DNA of 64,000 nt. It comes from an uncultured delta proteobacterium. Lineage in GTDB: Bacteria; Myxococcota; Kuafuiibacteriia; Kuafuiibacteriales; Kuafuiibacteriaceae. The stretch lies in NCBI GenBank assembly GCA_963803435.1, contig CAWDML010000009.1, forward strand, positions 1,344,001-1,408,000. The letters run 5' to 3'. Every line of letters begins with the position of its first letter. Within the stretch, counting starts at the first letter, position 1. This document shows, piece by piece, positions 50,540 to 60,860 of this stretch. Both the position numbers and the translations under genes were made by a program. The notes under the pieces were generated by a model, which was given only the letters and a program-made list of their open reading frames with translations, did not search any database and was not told the origin of the DNA.

Positions 50540-52317
50540 TCACTGCTTGCCGCCCCTGAGGCGGCGGATCCGTTGCATCGCCTCGATGCGGGCGTCGTCT
50601 GCGAGATTGCCGGCGGGGGAGGTGTCCACGTCCTGGATCCGGGTCTGCTCCTCGAGGCCGAAGCACACGATCGTCGTGTCGTCGAACTGTGGGGCGTCGC
50701 CGACGTGATGCTGGCAGTCCTGGACGGCGCGATCGACGAGGGTGGCGGCGTTGGAGGTCTGCTTCGCGATCGCGGCCGTGAGCCGCTCCATGCCGAACAT
50801 CTCTCGTGAGGGGCTCATGGCCTCGACCAGCCCGTCGGTGAAGAGCATGACGCTGTCCCCCGGCGACAGATCGAAGGTCTCGGTGGCGTACTCGGGCTCG
50901 GGGAGCACGCCCAGCGGTAGGCCGGAGGTCCGATCGAGCACGATGACGTCGTCCTCGTCGCGGCGACGGACAATCGGGGGCATGTGCCCGGCGTTGGCGA
51001 GCTGGATCTGCTTCCTGCCCGCGTCGAGAACGACGTAGATCAGCGTGACGAAGATGTCGTCCTGACCGCTCTCGCTGACCGCCTTGTTCATCCAGCGGAG
51101 CACGCTCGCGGATCGGCCTCGGCGAGCGCGAAGTAGCGGAGGTCGCGGGTGAGCCGCGCCATGTAGAGCGCCGCGCTGACGCCCTTGCCGCTGACGTCGC
51201 CGACGACGATGCCGATGCGCTCGTCGGGGAGCCGGACGAAGTCGTAGAAGTCGCCGCCGACCTCGTAGGCCGGATCGTAGCGCGCGGCGAACGTGTAGCC
51301 CTCGACCTTGGGGATGCGCCGGGGGAGAAAGCTCTGCTGGATCCGCTCGGCGAGGCGGAGGTCCTGCTCGAGGCGCTGCCGCTTGAGGAGCTCCTGGTGG
51401 AGCCTCGCATTGCCGAGCGCCACCGCGGACTGCGCGCAGATGCCGGTGAGCAGCTCGAGATCGGCCTGGCTGAACGCCGCGATCCCCTTGCTGTCGAGGT
51501 ACACGATCCCGAGGGTGTCGCCGCGCCAGACCAGCGGGGCCGCCATCATCGCGCGGATACCGAAGTTCGCGACCGAGCGACCGCTCTTGAAGCGGCTGTC
51601 CTCCATGGCGTCGTGGGAGAGGACGGCGCGCCGGCGCGTCATGACTTCGTGGAGGATGGTGCGGGAGACGGTGAGCTCGGCGTTGTCCGATTCGACCCTC
51701 CGCTTGACGGCCTTGGGGATCAGCTTCTCGCCGCCCTCGTCGACCAGCATGATGAACGCGCGCTCCGATCGCGGGAAGACCTCGAAGATGCGGTTGAGGA
51801 TCTCCTGGAGGAGCTCGTCCATGTCGAAGATCGAGCCGATGGCCTCGGACACCGCGTAGATCGTCTTCAGCCGCTCGTGGATCCGGACCAGCTCGGCGGG
51901 GTTGGCGACGGTGGAGGCCTGGGGAAAGATCGGCTGATTGGCGTCGACCGTCTTCACGATGTGCGGCTTGGCCTCGATCGTTCCAACCATCGTGACCGGC
52001 TCGAGCTGCTGCTCCAGCTCGTCGAACTGGAACTTGGCGCTGCAGACACGGATCACGTCGCGGTCGCTCAGGACGGCGCGGGTGACCGCCTGATCGTTGA
52101 CGTAGGTGCCGTTGCCGGAGCCGAGGTCCTCCACCAGGTAGCGCCCGTCGGCGCGCGTGATGCGGGCGTGCCGGCGGGACACGGTGAGATCGCGAATGTG
52201 GACCTGGCAATCGAGGGCGCGGCCCAGGACGCAGATCTCCTTGAGCTCGTAGACGGCCCCCGCGTTCGGACCCTCGATTTCGCGGAGGCGCCCGACGATC
52301 TGGGTATGCGCGGCTAT
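50540..52317 (-). CDS. FHA-GAF-SpoIIE(PP2C) phosphatase, RsbU-like (frameshift ~51105; apparent ATA start)
   Basis: LGR...VSRRHA...GSGNGTYVN (FHA), GAF domain, VGGDFYDF, GDVSGKG, FTDGLVE and DDTT. Confidence 0.88.
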
Positions 52318-52655
52318 GAGTTGAACCTCTCCACGGCGGTGTCGATGGTCTCGAAGATCTCGAACGCCCGATCGAGGCGCAGGAGCTTGAAGATCTCGCT
52401 GGGCTGGCCCTTCAGACGCGCGATCTTCACGTCGCCCTGAAGTGTGCGCACCCGCTTGAACAGCGACACGATGGCGCCCACGCCCGAGCTGTCGATCAGC
52501 TCGAGGTCCGCGAGATCGAAGACCACGTTGATCTTCCGCGCGGCCAGGAGAGACTCGATCTCCTTCTTCAGTGAGGGCGCCGTCAGTGCGTCCAGGTTGC
52601 CCTTCAAGGAGAAGATGGTGACGTCACCTCGCTCCTGCTTCTCGTAGTCCAGCAT
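52314..52655 (-). CDS. STAS anti-sigma-factor antagonist (RsbV/SpoIIAA-like)
   Basis: LKGNLDA and VVFDLADLELIDSSGVGAIV (phospho-Ser motif). Confidence 0.9.
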   Translation of the reverse strand: MLDYEKQERGDVTIFSLKGNLDALTAPSLKKEIESLLAARKINVVFDLADLELIDSSGVGAIVSLFKRVRTLQGDVKIARLKGQPSEIFKLLRLDRAFEIFETIDTAVERFNS

Positions 52656-52656
52656 C

Positions 52657-53148
52657 TCAGTCTTCCTCGTCGGCTCCATCCCGCAAGCCGGGCTGGAGGC
52701 GCTTTTCCATGGTGAGGATGTTGGTGTCACCCACACGCTCGTAGTGTACGCGGTCCATGAAGTTCCGGATGATGAACAGCCCGAGCCCACCCTCGGGCAG
52801 CGCATCCAGATCGGGCTCCGGCACTCGATCGGGGACGAACGAACGACCGTGATCGGAGATCTTCACCCGGAGGAGGTCGGGGTGGACCTCCATCTCGACC
52901 TCGACCGCGCCTCGAGCCAGATCCTTGTAGGCGTGGATGACCGCGTTGTTGAAGGCCTCCACGAAGGAGGAGATCACGCGGTGTCCCACGTCGGCGGGCA
53001 GCTTGTCCTGCTTGGTGAGCTGGTCGCACACGTAGGCGAGAAAGGCCCGGGCCGCGTCTCGGTACTCGAGCCGGCCGGGCAGAACGAACCGGAAGAGCTC
53101 CGGATCCTCGACCCCGAGGAGGGCATCGGTCAGGGATGAAGCCGCCAC
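52657..53148 (-). CDS. Anti-sigma factor Ser kinase (RsbW-like HATPase)
   Basis: EAFNNAVIHAY, ISDHGRSF and EGGLGLFIIRNFMD. Confidence 0.88.
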   Translation of the reverse strand: MAASSLTDALLGVEDPELFRFVLPGRLEYRDAARAFLAYVCDQLTKQDKLPADVGHRVISSFVEAFNNAVIHAYKDLARGAVEVEMEVHPDLLRVKISDHGRSFVPDRVPEPDLDALPEGGLGLFIIRNFMDRVHYERVGDTNILTMEKRLQPGLRDGADEED

Positions 53149-53264
53149 GTTTGGCCCACGCCTTAGCGTCGAGCTTACCCGAGCGCAAGGCTCCCCGAAA
53201 AGCGGCGTGCATTGACGTGACCGCTGCGTGAGGCTACCGAGAAAGACACGGGGCGGCGCAGCCG

Positions 53265-54012
53265 GTGGATTGGAAGACGCGTATCCTGAAGCGCGCGATC
53301 GACGTGGCGGGCGCGAGTGTAGGCCTCGCGCTGACCGCGCCGTTGTTTCCCCTCGTGGCGGCGGCGGTGAAGCTCACCAGCAAGGGGCCGATCCTCTATC
53401 ACCAGATCCGGTGTGGCGCGGAGCGACGCTCGGACATCGCGCCCAGCCGGCCGCCGCACCTCGAGCGCCGGCGCGCGCGCGGCTATCACACGTTCCGGAT
53501 CTACAAGTTCCGCACGATGCACGTGGACGCCGAGAGAGACCGGCGCGGTGCTGGCACAGAAGAACGATCCGCGCCTGACCGCGATCGGGGGCCTGCTCCG
53601 GCGCACCCGGCTCGACGAGCTGCCGCAGCTTTGGCTGGTCCTGAAGGGTGACATGAGCCTGGTCGGCCCGCGCCCCGAGCGCCCGGAGCTGCTCCAGGAG
53701 ATCGAAGAGAGCGTCCCCTTCTTCTCGGAGCGGATGCGGCTGATCAAGCCGGGCATCACCGGGCTGGCGCAGATCAAGCTCAACTACGACGGATCGTTCC
53801 GATCGACCGGCAGCGAGTCGGACGCGCTCAAGGGCTTCATGACGCTGGAGCTGCCCAGCCTGTCGCACTACGACAGCCGGCTGTTCGCCAACAAGCTGCT
53901 CTACGATCTGTCCTATAGCGCCGCGCTCGAGAACCCGCTCGAGTGGTTCAAGCTGGATCTGGAGATCATCTTCAAGACGCCGGCGGTCATGCTCCTGGGC
54001 ATGGGGCGTTAG
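53265..54012 (+). CDS. Bacterial sugar transferase (polyprenyl glycosylphosphotransferase, monotopic PGT) (frameshift ~53535)
   Basis: KRAIDV, IYKFRTM, DPRLT..G..LRRTRLDELPQL, GDMSLVGPRPER and KPGITGLAQI. Confidence 0.9.
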
Positions 54013-54575
54013 CGGCCGACCTTCACCGGAAGCTTGAACTTGAGCTGACCCTCCGAGCCCTCCCACTCGAAGCGGGCCCTCTCCGCGGCGGCGCGGACAC
54101 ACTCGGGGATCTCGGTGCCGCGGACGTCGCCGGTCGCCTGCGTGATGGTGGCCTCGCTGATGAAGCCGCCGGCCGCGGTGGCGCTGGCGGTCAGGTCCAG
54201 GAGCACGACGCCGCTGATGCTGGTCTCGTCCGTAAAGCAGGAGACGATCGACTCCTTGACCGCGCCCATCGCGAGGGGGAGGGCGGAGGCGGGGAGGCCC
54301 GGTCGATCGGGCTCGGTGGGAAAAATCTCGGAGCCGGGATCGTCGTCGTCGTCGGTGTTGCTGGGTGGGACCACTCCGAGCTCGCCGCAGTCGACCGGAG
54401 GCGGACACGCGGGACACTGCGGGCAGGGCGCGCAGGCCGGCGGGCGGGGCTTGGCGGGATCGACGTCGACAGAGCCTCCGCCGTAGAGCGAGCTCATCGC
54501 GAACGCACCGCCCCCGATCCCGATCAGGAAGGTGAGACCCGACACGAAGAACAGCCGCGCAGCCTCAGGCGACAT
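54009..54575 (-). CDS. Membrane-anchored hypothetical protein (possible AgmX/TonB-C-like periplasmic domain)
   Basis: N-terminal TM helix, CxxCPxCPxC linker, C-terminal C..C domain ending FKLPV. Confidence 0.55.
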   Translation of the reverse strand: MSPEAARLFFVSGLTFLIGIGGGAFAMSSLYGGGSVDVDPAKPRPPACAPCPQCPACPPPVDCGELGVVPPSNTDDDDDPGSEIFPTEPDRPGLPASALPLAMGAVKESIVSCFTDETSISGVVLLDLTASATAAGGFISEATITQATGDVRGTEIPECVRAAAERARFEWEGSEGQLKFKLPVKVGR

Positions 54576-54650
54576 CGTGGGAACATAACAGGAGAGGGCG
54601 GCCTCGGGCTGCCCTTCCTCGTGCTAAGTTTCCCCGGACTTCGAGCACCG

Positions 54651-56621
54651 ATGGGTCCCGTCCTGTTCTCCATACTTTTCGGGCAGGTCGCCGTGCTGGA
54701 CTTCACCGAGAAGGGGGAAGCCGCCGCCTGGCTGCCGGCGCACGTCTCGGACGTGGTGGCGCTCAAGCTGCGCTTCCTCGGCATCGACGTCCGCGACCGT
54801 CACTTCGCCAGGGACGCGCGCGGGCCAGCGGAGCGCGCGGCGAGCCCTGCGCGTGGGGTTGGGCGGGAGGGCTTGGCCCGAGCGGGCTCCGGGGTGCTCG
54901 ACGCGCTGGTGTTCGGACGCGTGCGACCGGCCGCGGCAGACGAGGAGTCCGATCGCATCACCGTGGAGGTGAAGGTCGCGACCGGCGGGAGAGAGACGCG
55001 GCTGACCGCAGCGGGCCGCGCGGGGGAGCTGGATCGACTGACCGCCGACCTCGCCGCCCAGGTGGCGGGGCTGATCGGACGCGCGGTCAATCCCGAGACA
55101 CGCACGCTGCTCGCGCACGCGGCCGAGCACCCGTTCGCCGTGCATCGCTTCCTCGGGATGGCCGAGCGCCGGCTCGAGTCGGGCGACTACGTGCAGGCGA
55201 CGCTCATGTTCGATCGCGCGGGCTCGTTCGCACATCAGGGCGCGATCCCGGAGGCGCTCGAGGGCCGGTACCGCGCCGAGAGCGCCCGCGTCGCGAAGGG
55301 CGACGCCGAGTTCGGCTCGCGAAACGACCTGGCGGCGGCCGCGGCGGAGCGAGCGTCGGTCGCGCTGCGCGACGGCGCGGGGGATGAGGCCCGCCGGGCC
55401 CTGATCGACGTGCTTCGCTACACGTCGCTGCGCGCGCGGCGGTGGACGGCGACGCTCGATCTGAGCGGACCCGACCGCGCGGTGATCGTGGGTCGCGACA
55501 AGCGCTGGCTGGTGCAGATCGACACCGGCCCGCAGGGTCTGTGGACGCTCCACCCGCCGACCGGGACCGTGCTCTCGGTCTCGGCGGGACGAAAAGGCCT
55601 AGCCGGCGCGATCGCGGCGCACCTGCTGCTGTTGAACGGTCGCATCCTCTCGCGGGCCCCCCTGATCGGCGACACGATCTGGAAGATCGCACTGCCGCTT
55701 CAACCCGCCGACGATCCCTGGGAGCGTACCTTGCTGGCGCAGGGATCGCTCGGCGTGCGGGCCGACGACGGCGTGGTCTGGGTGGAGGTCGGCGTCGGCG
55801 CGCTCGGGCAGGTGGCCACGCATACCCGGCCGCTCGCCCAGAGCCCCGGCGGCATCCTGGTGCGCACGGCCAAGGGCGAGATCGGCCTCCTGCGCCCGGG
55901 CAAGAAGACGCCCGCATGGAAGATCGACGCCGGCGTGGTCGACGGCGCCGCGCTCACCACCGACCGCGCGCTCCTCCTCTCCGGCGGCCAGCTCCAGATC
56001 CTCCAGGCGGCCAACGGCAAGGAGACACGGAAGCTGCCCGCCCCCAAGGACGGTCGCATCCTCCGCGCCCACGGCCGCTACGCCTGCCTCGACGCGACCG
56101 ACGGCGTGCACCTGTTCGACGTGCTGGCCGGCGAGATGACCGCCGTCCTCCGAGGCCCCGGCCCGGCAATCGACTGCCACCCCGAGAGCGAGGGCGTCTC
56201 AATCCTCTACCAGGGCGGCGACCTCCTCTTCTTCCACCGCGATGGAAAGCTCCTCGACCGGGCCCGCGCCCCCGGAAAACCGGCCCGCCTCCTCCGCGGC
56301 AGCCCCCTCGCACCCGGCCCCGTCGCCATCACCGACCAGGGCCTCTTCGCCTTCGCCGACCCTTCGCCCGACCCCCTGCTCCGCGACGCGAACGCGATGA
56401 TCCGCCTCGCCGAGCTCGAGCTCCACGCGAACGACCTCCCCGCCGCCCTCCGCCTCGCCGACTGGGTCGCGCTCACCTCCGCAGGACAGGTGGCCCAGGC
56501 GGAGACGCTCCGCGCTGCAATCCTCGACCGCATGAAGGCCGTGAAGGCGGCTACCCGGGCCAAGGCGCGCGCCCGCGTGGCGGAGGATGCTTCCGTGCCG
56601 CTGCCCGCGTTCGGGCTGTGA
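54651..56621 (+). CDS. Exported TPR / PQQ-like beta-propeller protein
   Basis: VAVLDF N-domain, helical region and Trp-ending propeller blades (IWKIAL, AWKID, NGKET, AGEMT). Confidence 0.55.
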   Translation: MGPVLFSILFGQVAVLDFTEKGEAAAWLPAHVSDVVALKLRFLGIDVRDRHFARDARGPAERAASPARGVGREGLARAGSGVLDALVFGRVRPAAADEESDRITVEVKVATGGRETRLTAAGRAGELDRLTADLAAQVAGLIGRAVNPETRTLLAHAAEHPFAVHRFLGMAERRLESGDYVQATLMFDRAGSFAHQGAIPEALEGRYRAESARVAKGDAEFGSRNDLAAAAAERASVALRDGAGDEARRALIDVLRYTSLRARRWTATLDLSGPDRAVIVGRDKRWLVQIDTGPQGLWTLHPPTGTVLSVSAGRKGLAGAIAAHLLLLNGRILSRAPLIGDTIWKIALPLQPADDPWERTLLAQGSLGVRADDGVVWVEVGVGALGQVATHTRPLAQSPGGILVRTAKGEIGLLRPGKKTPAWKIDAGVVDGAALTTDRALLLSGGQLQILQAANGKETRKLPAPKDGRILRAHGRYACLDATDGVHLFDVLAGEMTAVLRGPGPAIDCHPESEGVSILYQGGDLLFFHRDGKLLDRARAPGKPARLLRGSPLAPGPVAITDQGLFAFADPSPDPLLRDANAMIRLAELELHANDLPAALRLADWVALTSAGQVAQAETLRAAILDRMKAVKAATRAKARARVAEDASVPLPAFGL

Positions 56622-56676
56622 AGCGGGCGATCGCCGCAGAGTGGGCCGTCGCCGAGGTGCGGTCACCGGTCAGACT

Positions 56677-58848
56677 TCAGCGGACATCGAGGAACGTCGA
56701 GGCGGTGGCGGAGTTGCCGGCCTCGTCCTCGACCCGGACGAGGACGGTCTGCCGACCCTTCTCGAGCTTCGGCGCGCCGGGGACGTTGTTGGCCTCGAGG
56801 TCGGCGGAGAGCTTTTCGGTGCGGGCGTCGATGAGGCCGTCCGCGGCGGGGAGCATCAGCCAGGGGCCGCCGGAGACGGAGAACTCGGCAGCGCCGAGGG
56901 CGGAGACGGCGTCGGTGGCCTCGGCTTCGATGCGGACGCGGCCGTGGGCGGCGCTGCTAGCCTTGAGGCCCTTGATCTCGGGCGGCACATTGTCGATCAC
57001 GAAGGGCTCGGACATGTTGCGATCGATCAGCGAGGTCTCGGGCGGGTTCGAGGGGCGGTCGGTGGCGGTGATGCGGAACTGGTACTTGCCGTCGGGGTAG
57101 GCGCGGCTGTCGAAGCTGTAGAACGTGTGCTCGAGATCGTCGGCGACCTTGCTGAACGCGGCCTCGCGATCGACGCTGCGCATCTCGACGCGGTAGAGCA
57201 GCTGGTCGTCGTTCGGATCGCTGGCGTTCCAGGAGACGGTCATCATGCCCGCCTTGACGCCCTGGCGGACGCGGACGCGATCTTCGTCGGACTCGAAGGG
57301 CTTGCGGAGATCGCGGATGACGCTGGCGTTGAGCGTCACCGTCTTCTCCTTCTCCTCTTCGGCGGGCATCGCGCTCATGTAGACGCCGCGGCGGAGCAGG
57401 AAGACCTCCTTGACCTCGGGCGGCTCGTTCATGCGGACGACCGAGGCGTGGAGAGACTTCAAGACGGGGGCCTGGCCCTTCGGCGAGGAGGCGAGCTCGG
57501 CGCGGATCTGCACGTAGCGGCCGCGCGGCACCTGGATCGGCCCGCCGTCCGCGCGATCGATCGCCGCGCTCCAGCCGGACCAGGTCTCGTCGTGCTCCCG
57601 CGTGTTGCCGGTCCGAAGCGAGATCTGGACCTTGGCAGCCTGGGGGATGTCGGCGTCGAACCAGATCCGTCCGATCGACGAGACGCGCCGGAGGTCCTGC
57701 TCGGAGGAGACCCACACCGAGCTCTGGCGCACGCCCGGACCGACGCGCAGCACGCGGCCCGCCGGTGCGGTCCCCACGATCAGAGCCCCCTGCGTGGGCG
57801 CGCTCATCAGTGTGGTCGCCATCGGCGCCTCGATGCGCGTGATGAGGAGCAGGCGATCGCGGTTCTTCGGATCGACGCCGTAGATCCGGCCGCGGCCCTT
57901 CTTCGCGCCCGCCGTGGCGATGTACACGCGGCCGGCGTGGGCGTCGTATGCGAGGCCCAGAGCGCCCTCCGTCTTGCTGGTCCAGATCAGATCGACCGCG
58001 CCGGTGCTGTGGATGCGGACCACCTCGCTGCCCTTGATCGGCGCGTCGTCGTCGGCGGGAGCGTCCCCCTTCACCGGCCCGATCAGCTTGTCTGGATCCA
58101 GCGCACCGGGCTTCGACTCGCTGACGAACGCCGCGTACAGATCACCGCTCACCGGATCGATCGCGAAGGCGGTCGTCTCCTCCATCGAGGAGTCGTACAG
58201 CGCGTACGACTTCTTGCCGTCGATCCGATACACGACTCCCTTCTGGCCGCCGCCGGCGATCAGCCCCATCTTCGGGTGCACGATCAAGGCGCGGACGTGG
58301 GTCTCGCCGGGATCGAGGACGACGTCCGACTTGCCGCCCGGCATCACCTCGAGCACGCGACCGGGGAGGCCGGTGGCGATGTAGAGCCCGCCCTTGCCGT
58401 TCGGGACCATCGCCCACACGTACTTCCCGGCCGGATCGAAGAACGGCGTGGACTTGCCGCCCGTCAGGGCCACGATCTTGCCGTCGGGGCTGGTGGCCGC
58501 GAAGAGCGTGCCGCGGTCGTGGGCGAGGGCCGAGATCACCAGCTTCTCCTGCTCGAGCAGCTGGCGCGTCTTGCCCGCCGCGTTGACCTCCACGAGGCCG
58601 CCGCCCGCGGTGCCGACGTACACGACGCCGCCGTCTCCGGTGACCATCGAGACAATCGGCCGCTCGCCGGTGCGGGCCAGCTCGACCGCCTGAGGTCCCA
58701 TCGTGATGCGTCCGTGCGCGTCGACGCTGGCGGTCTCGGGATCGCCGGGCAGGACCTCCGCGGGCCCGCTGATGCTGAGCTCCCGGGTCGGCTCCGCGAA
58801 GGCCGGCAGGGCGACGGTGAAGACGAGTGAACAGAGGATAATCCGCAT
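56677..58848 (-). CDS. Exported beta-propeller + Ig/FN3-like protein, partner of the S55 peptidase
   Basis: Signal peptide, repeated YVGTA/YIATG..G.VY blades, WNASDPNDD, PDGKYQFRITATD and VEDEAGN. Confidence 0.7.
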   Translation of the reverse strand: MRIILCSLVFTVALPAFAEPTRELSISGPAEVLPGDPETASVDAHGRITMGPQAVELARTGERPIVSMVTGDGGVVYVGTAGGGLVEVNAAGKTRQLLEQEKLVISALAHDRGTLFAATSPDGKIVALTGGKSTPFFDPAGKYVWAMVPNGKGGLYIATGLPGRVLEVMPGGKSDVVLDPGETHVRALIVHPKMGLIAGGGQKGVVYRIDGKKSYALYDSSMEETTAFAIDPVSGDLYAAFVSESKPGALDPDKLIGPVKGDAPADDDAPIKGSEVVRIHSTGAVDLIWTSKTEGALGLAYDAHAGRVYIATAGAKKGRGRIYGVDPKNRDRLLLITRIEAPMATTLMSAPTQGALIVGTAPAGRVLRVGPGVRQSSVWVSSEQDLRRVSSIGRIWFDADIPQAAKVQISLRTGNTREHDETWSGWSAAIDRADGGPIQVPRGRYVQIRAELASSPKGQAPVLKSLHASVVRMNEPPEVKEVFLLRRGVYMSAMPAEEEKEKTVTLNASVIRDLRKPFESDEDRVRVRQGVKAGMMTVSWNASDPNDDQLLYRVEMRSVDREAAFSKVADDLEHTFYSFDSRAYPDGKYQFRITATDRPSNPPETSLIDRNMSEPFVIDNVPPEIKGLKASSAAHGRVRIEAEATDAVSALGAAEFSVSGGPWLMLPAADGLIDARTEKLSADLEANNVPGAPKLEKGRQTVLVRVEDEAGNSATASTFLDVR

Positions 58849-58861
58849 GCGAATCGAGCTC

Positions 58862-60770
58862 CTAACGAACCACGGTGATCGGAACGCTCATCCCGCCCAC
58901 GACGACGTCCGAGAAGGGGACCTTCACGTCGGGCCCCATCTTCTCGTCGAGCTTCTTGAGCGTCCGTTCGGACTGAGCGCCGAGATAGGCGCGGGCCGAG
59001 GGCGGGAGCGCCGTCATGATCTCGGCGTCCTCGCGGAGCCCCTTGCCCGGCGCGAAGAGCTTGGCGAAGAGAGCGCGGGCCGGCCGTCGCTCGGCGAGGA
59101 TCCCCAGCAGGTCGTCGAGGTTGGTCGGATGCCGAGTGCCGTAGACATCCCCCTCGCGCTGGTCCATCTCGACGCCGCCAGCGACGTAGAATCTCGCAGT
59201 CGCCGCTGAAGTCGCGGGGGACGTCGACGGTGAGAGGCACGTCAATCAGGTCACCGCGGATCTCGCGGAGACGCGCGGTCACCAGGATGCGGTCCCCGGG
59301 CCCGACCGTGGTGCGGTCCGCGATCACCTCCTCGAGCGACGCCAGCGCCACCTTGCGGGAGATGCGCAGATTGGCCTCGATCCCGCGGACCTCGGGGACG
59401 GCGATGTCGTTTCGCTCGATGGTGTTGATGAGCGAGGCGATGTCGTTGGCCACGAAGGCCGCCACCCGCATGGGCGCTTGCGCGCTGTAGGTGTCGACGA
59501 CCCGCAGCGTCCGATCGCGCACGTGAAACTTCACGTCCATGTCGATGGTCCCGCCGGCCTCGTAGCCGAGCCGGCGGGCGGCGGCGCTGGTGATCGCGGT
59601 CTCCGCCATCACCGGCATCCAGGTCTGCTCGTCGACGATCTCGACGTCGGTGGTCTCGACGCGCCTGGTGTCGTCGTCCGCACGCTCGACCCGCACGTGC
59701 ACGGGGACCATCGGTGCGCTCTCACCGAGCCGGCCGGCGATCGCCGTCAGGCGGTCCTGGGTGATCGATCCGACCTCGCGGGCCGCCACGCCTTGCTTGT
59801 ACGATCCGGCGTCGCTGGCAAGCGTGTTCAGGATGGCGGCGGTGTACATGGGGAACGCGACGTGTCCCCAGCCCACGAACGGGTGACCGAACGCGAAGAC
59901 AGTGCCCTTCTCGTCGACCATCGTCACGGTACCGATCGCGGCGATGTTGAGGTCGCCCTGCATCAGGAGGGCGGCGATGGGGGAGGCCGGGGCGATCGGC
60001 GCGCTCTTCACCCGACCGGCCGAGTCCGCGTCGTTCTTCTGGACCTGCCTCGCCCCCGGGCTTCGGGGCTTGAAGGCGACGGCGCCCGATCCCACGAGGA
60101 ATCCGGCCCCGGCCAGGCGCTGCCCGATGGCGTCGGCGACCGCCGCAGGCACGCCGCTGATGCCGAGCGGGGTCTCGATGGGGCGCCCGGCGTAGGGGCC
60201 GATCGACACCGGCGCGGTCTCGGGGAGCGGCACCGGCGCCGGCGTGTGGCTGCGAAGCTCGCGGACGTTGACGCCGGTGTCTTGGATCGGCGGAAGGGCG
60301 GCCTGCCGCGGGCCGAGGTCAACCTCGTCTCCGTAGACGTCGAGCATCGTCTGGATCGGGGTGATGCCGGCGATCGGCTCCTTGGAGAACGCCCCGAAGC
60401 GATAGGAGACGGCGCCGAGGAGACGGCCGTCGAGATACACGGGGCTGCCGCTCATCCCTGCGATCACGCCGGTGAACTTGATGTCGTCGCCGCTGAGGCG
60501 GGCGAGGATCACCGGCTTCCTCGGGCCGAGCATGTCCTCGAGGACCCCGAGGACCTCGAAGCCGAACTCGGTGACCTTGTCCTCCGCCAGCACTGTGTAG
60601 CCGACTCCGCGGTCTCCCCGTTTCACCTCTGCGAGCGGATAGATCTTCTGCCGGGTGGTGACCGGAAACCCACCTCTGAACTCCACCGACTTGGCCTCCG
60701 CCGTGGGCTGCGCCCGCGCGGGCTGGGGCGCCGCCAGGAGGATGAGCGCAACGACCCATCGCATCTGCAT
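58862..60770 (-). CDS. SpoIVB peptidase S55-domain protein (frameshift ~59190)
   Basis: GVIAGMSGSPVYLDGRLLGAVSY, GITPI and AAIGTVT...FAFGHPF; signal peptide. Confidence 0.85.
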
Positions 60771-60860
60771 GAGATTTCATGGGCTATAACGCGCGAAAGG
60801 CAACAAAGGAAGGCACCTCCGCATCAAGCCCCGAACTGGAGTATCTTCAGCCGGGGAACG

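Noticed and set aside
53528-53540. Phase-variable GA tract at the sugar-transferase frameshift
   Set aside because: The tract is only about 4 units long, too short to favour over a consensus error.
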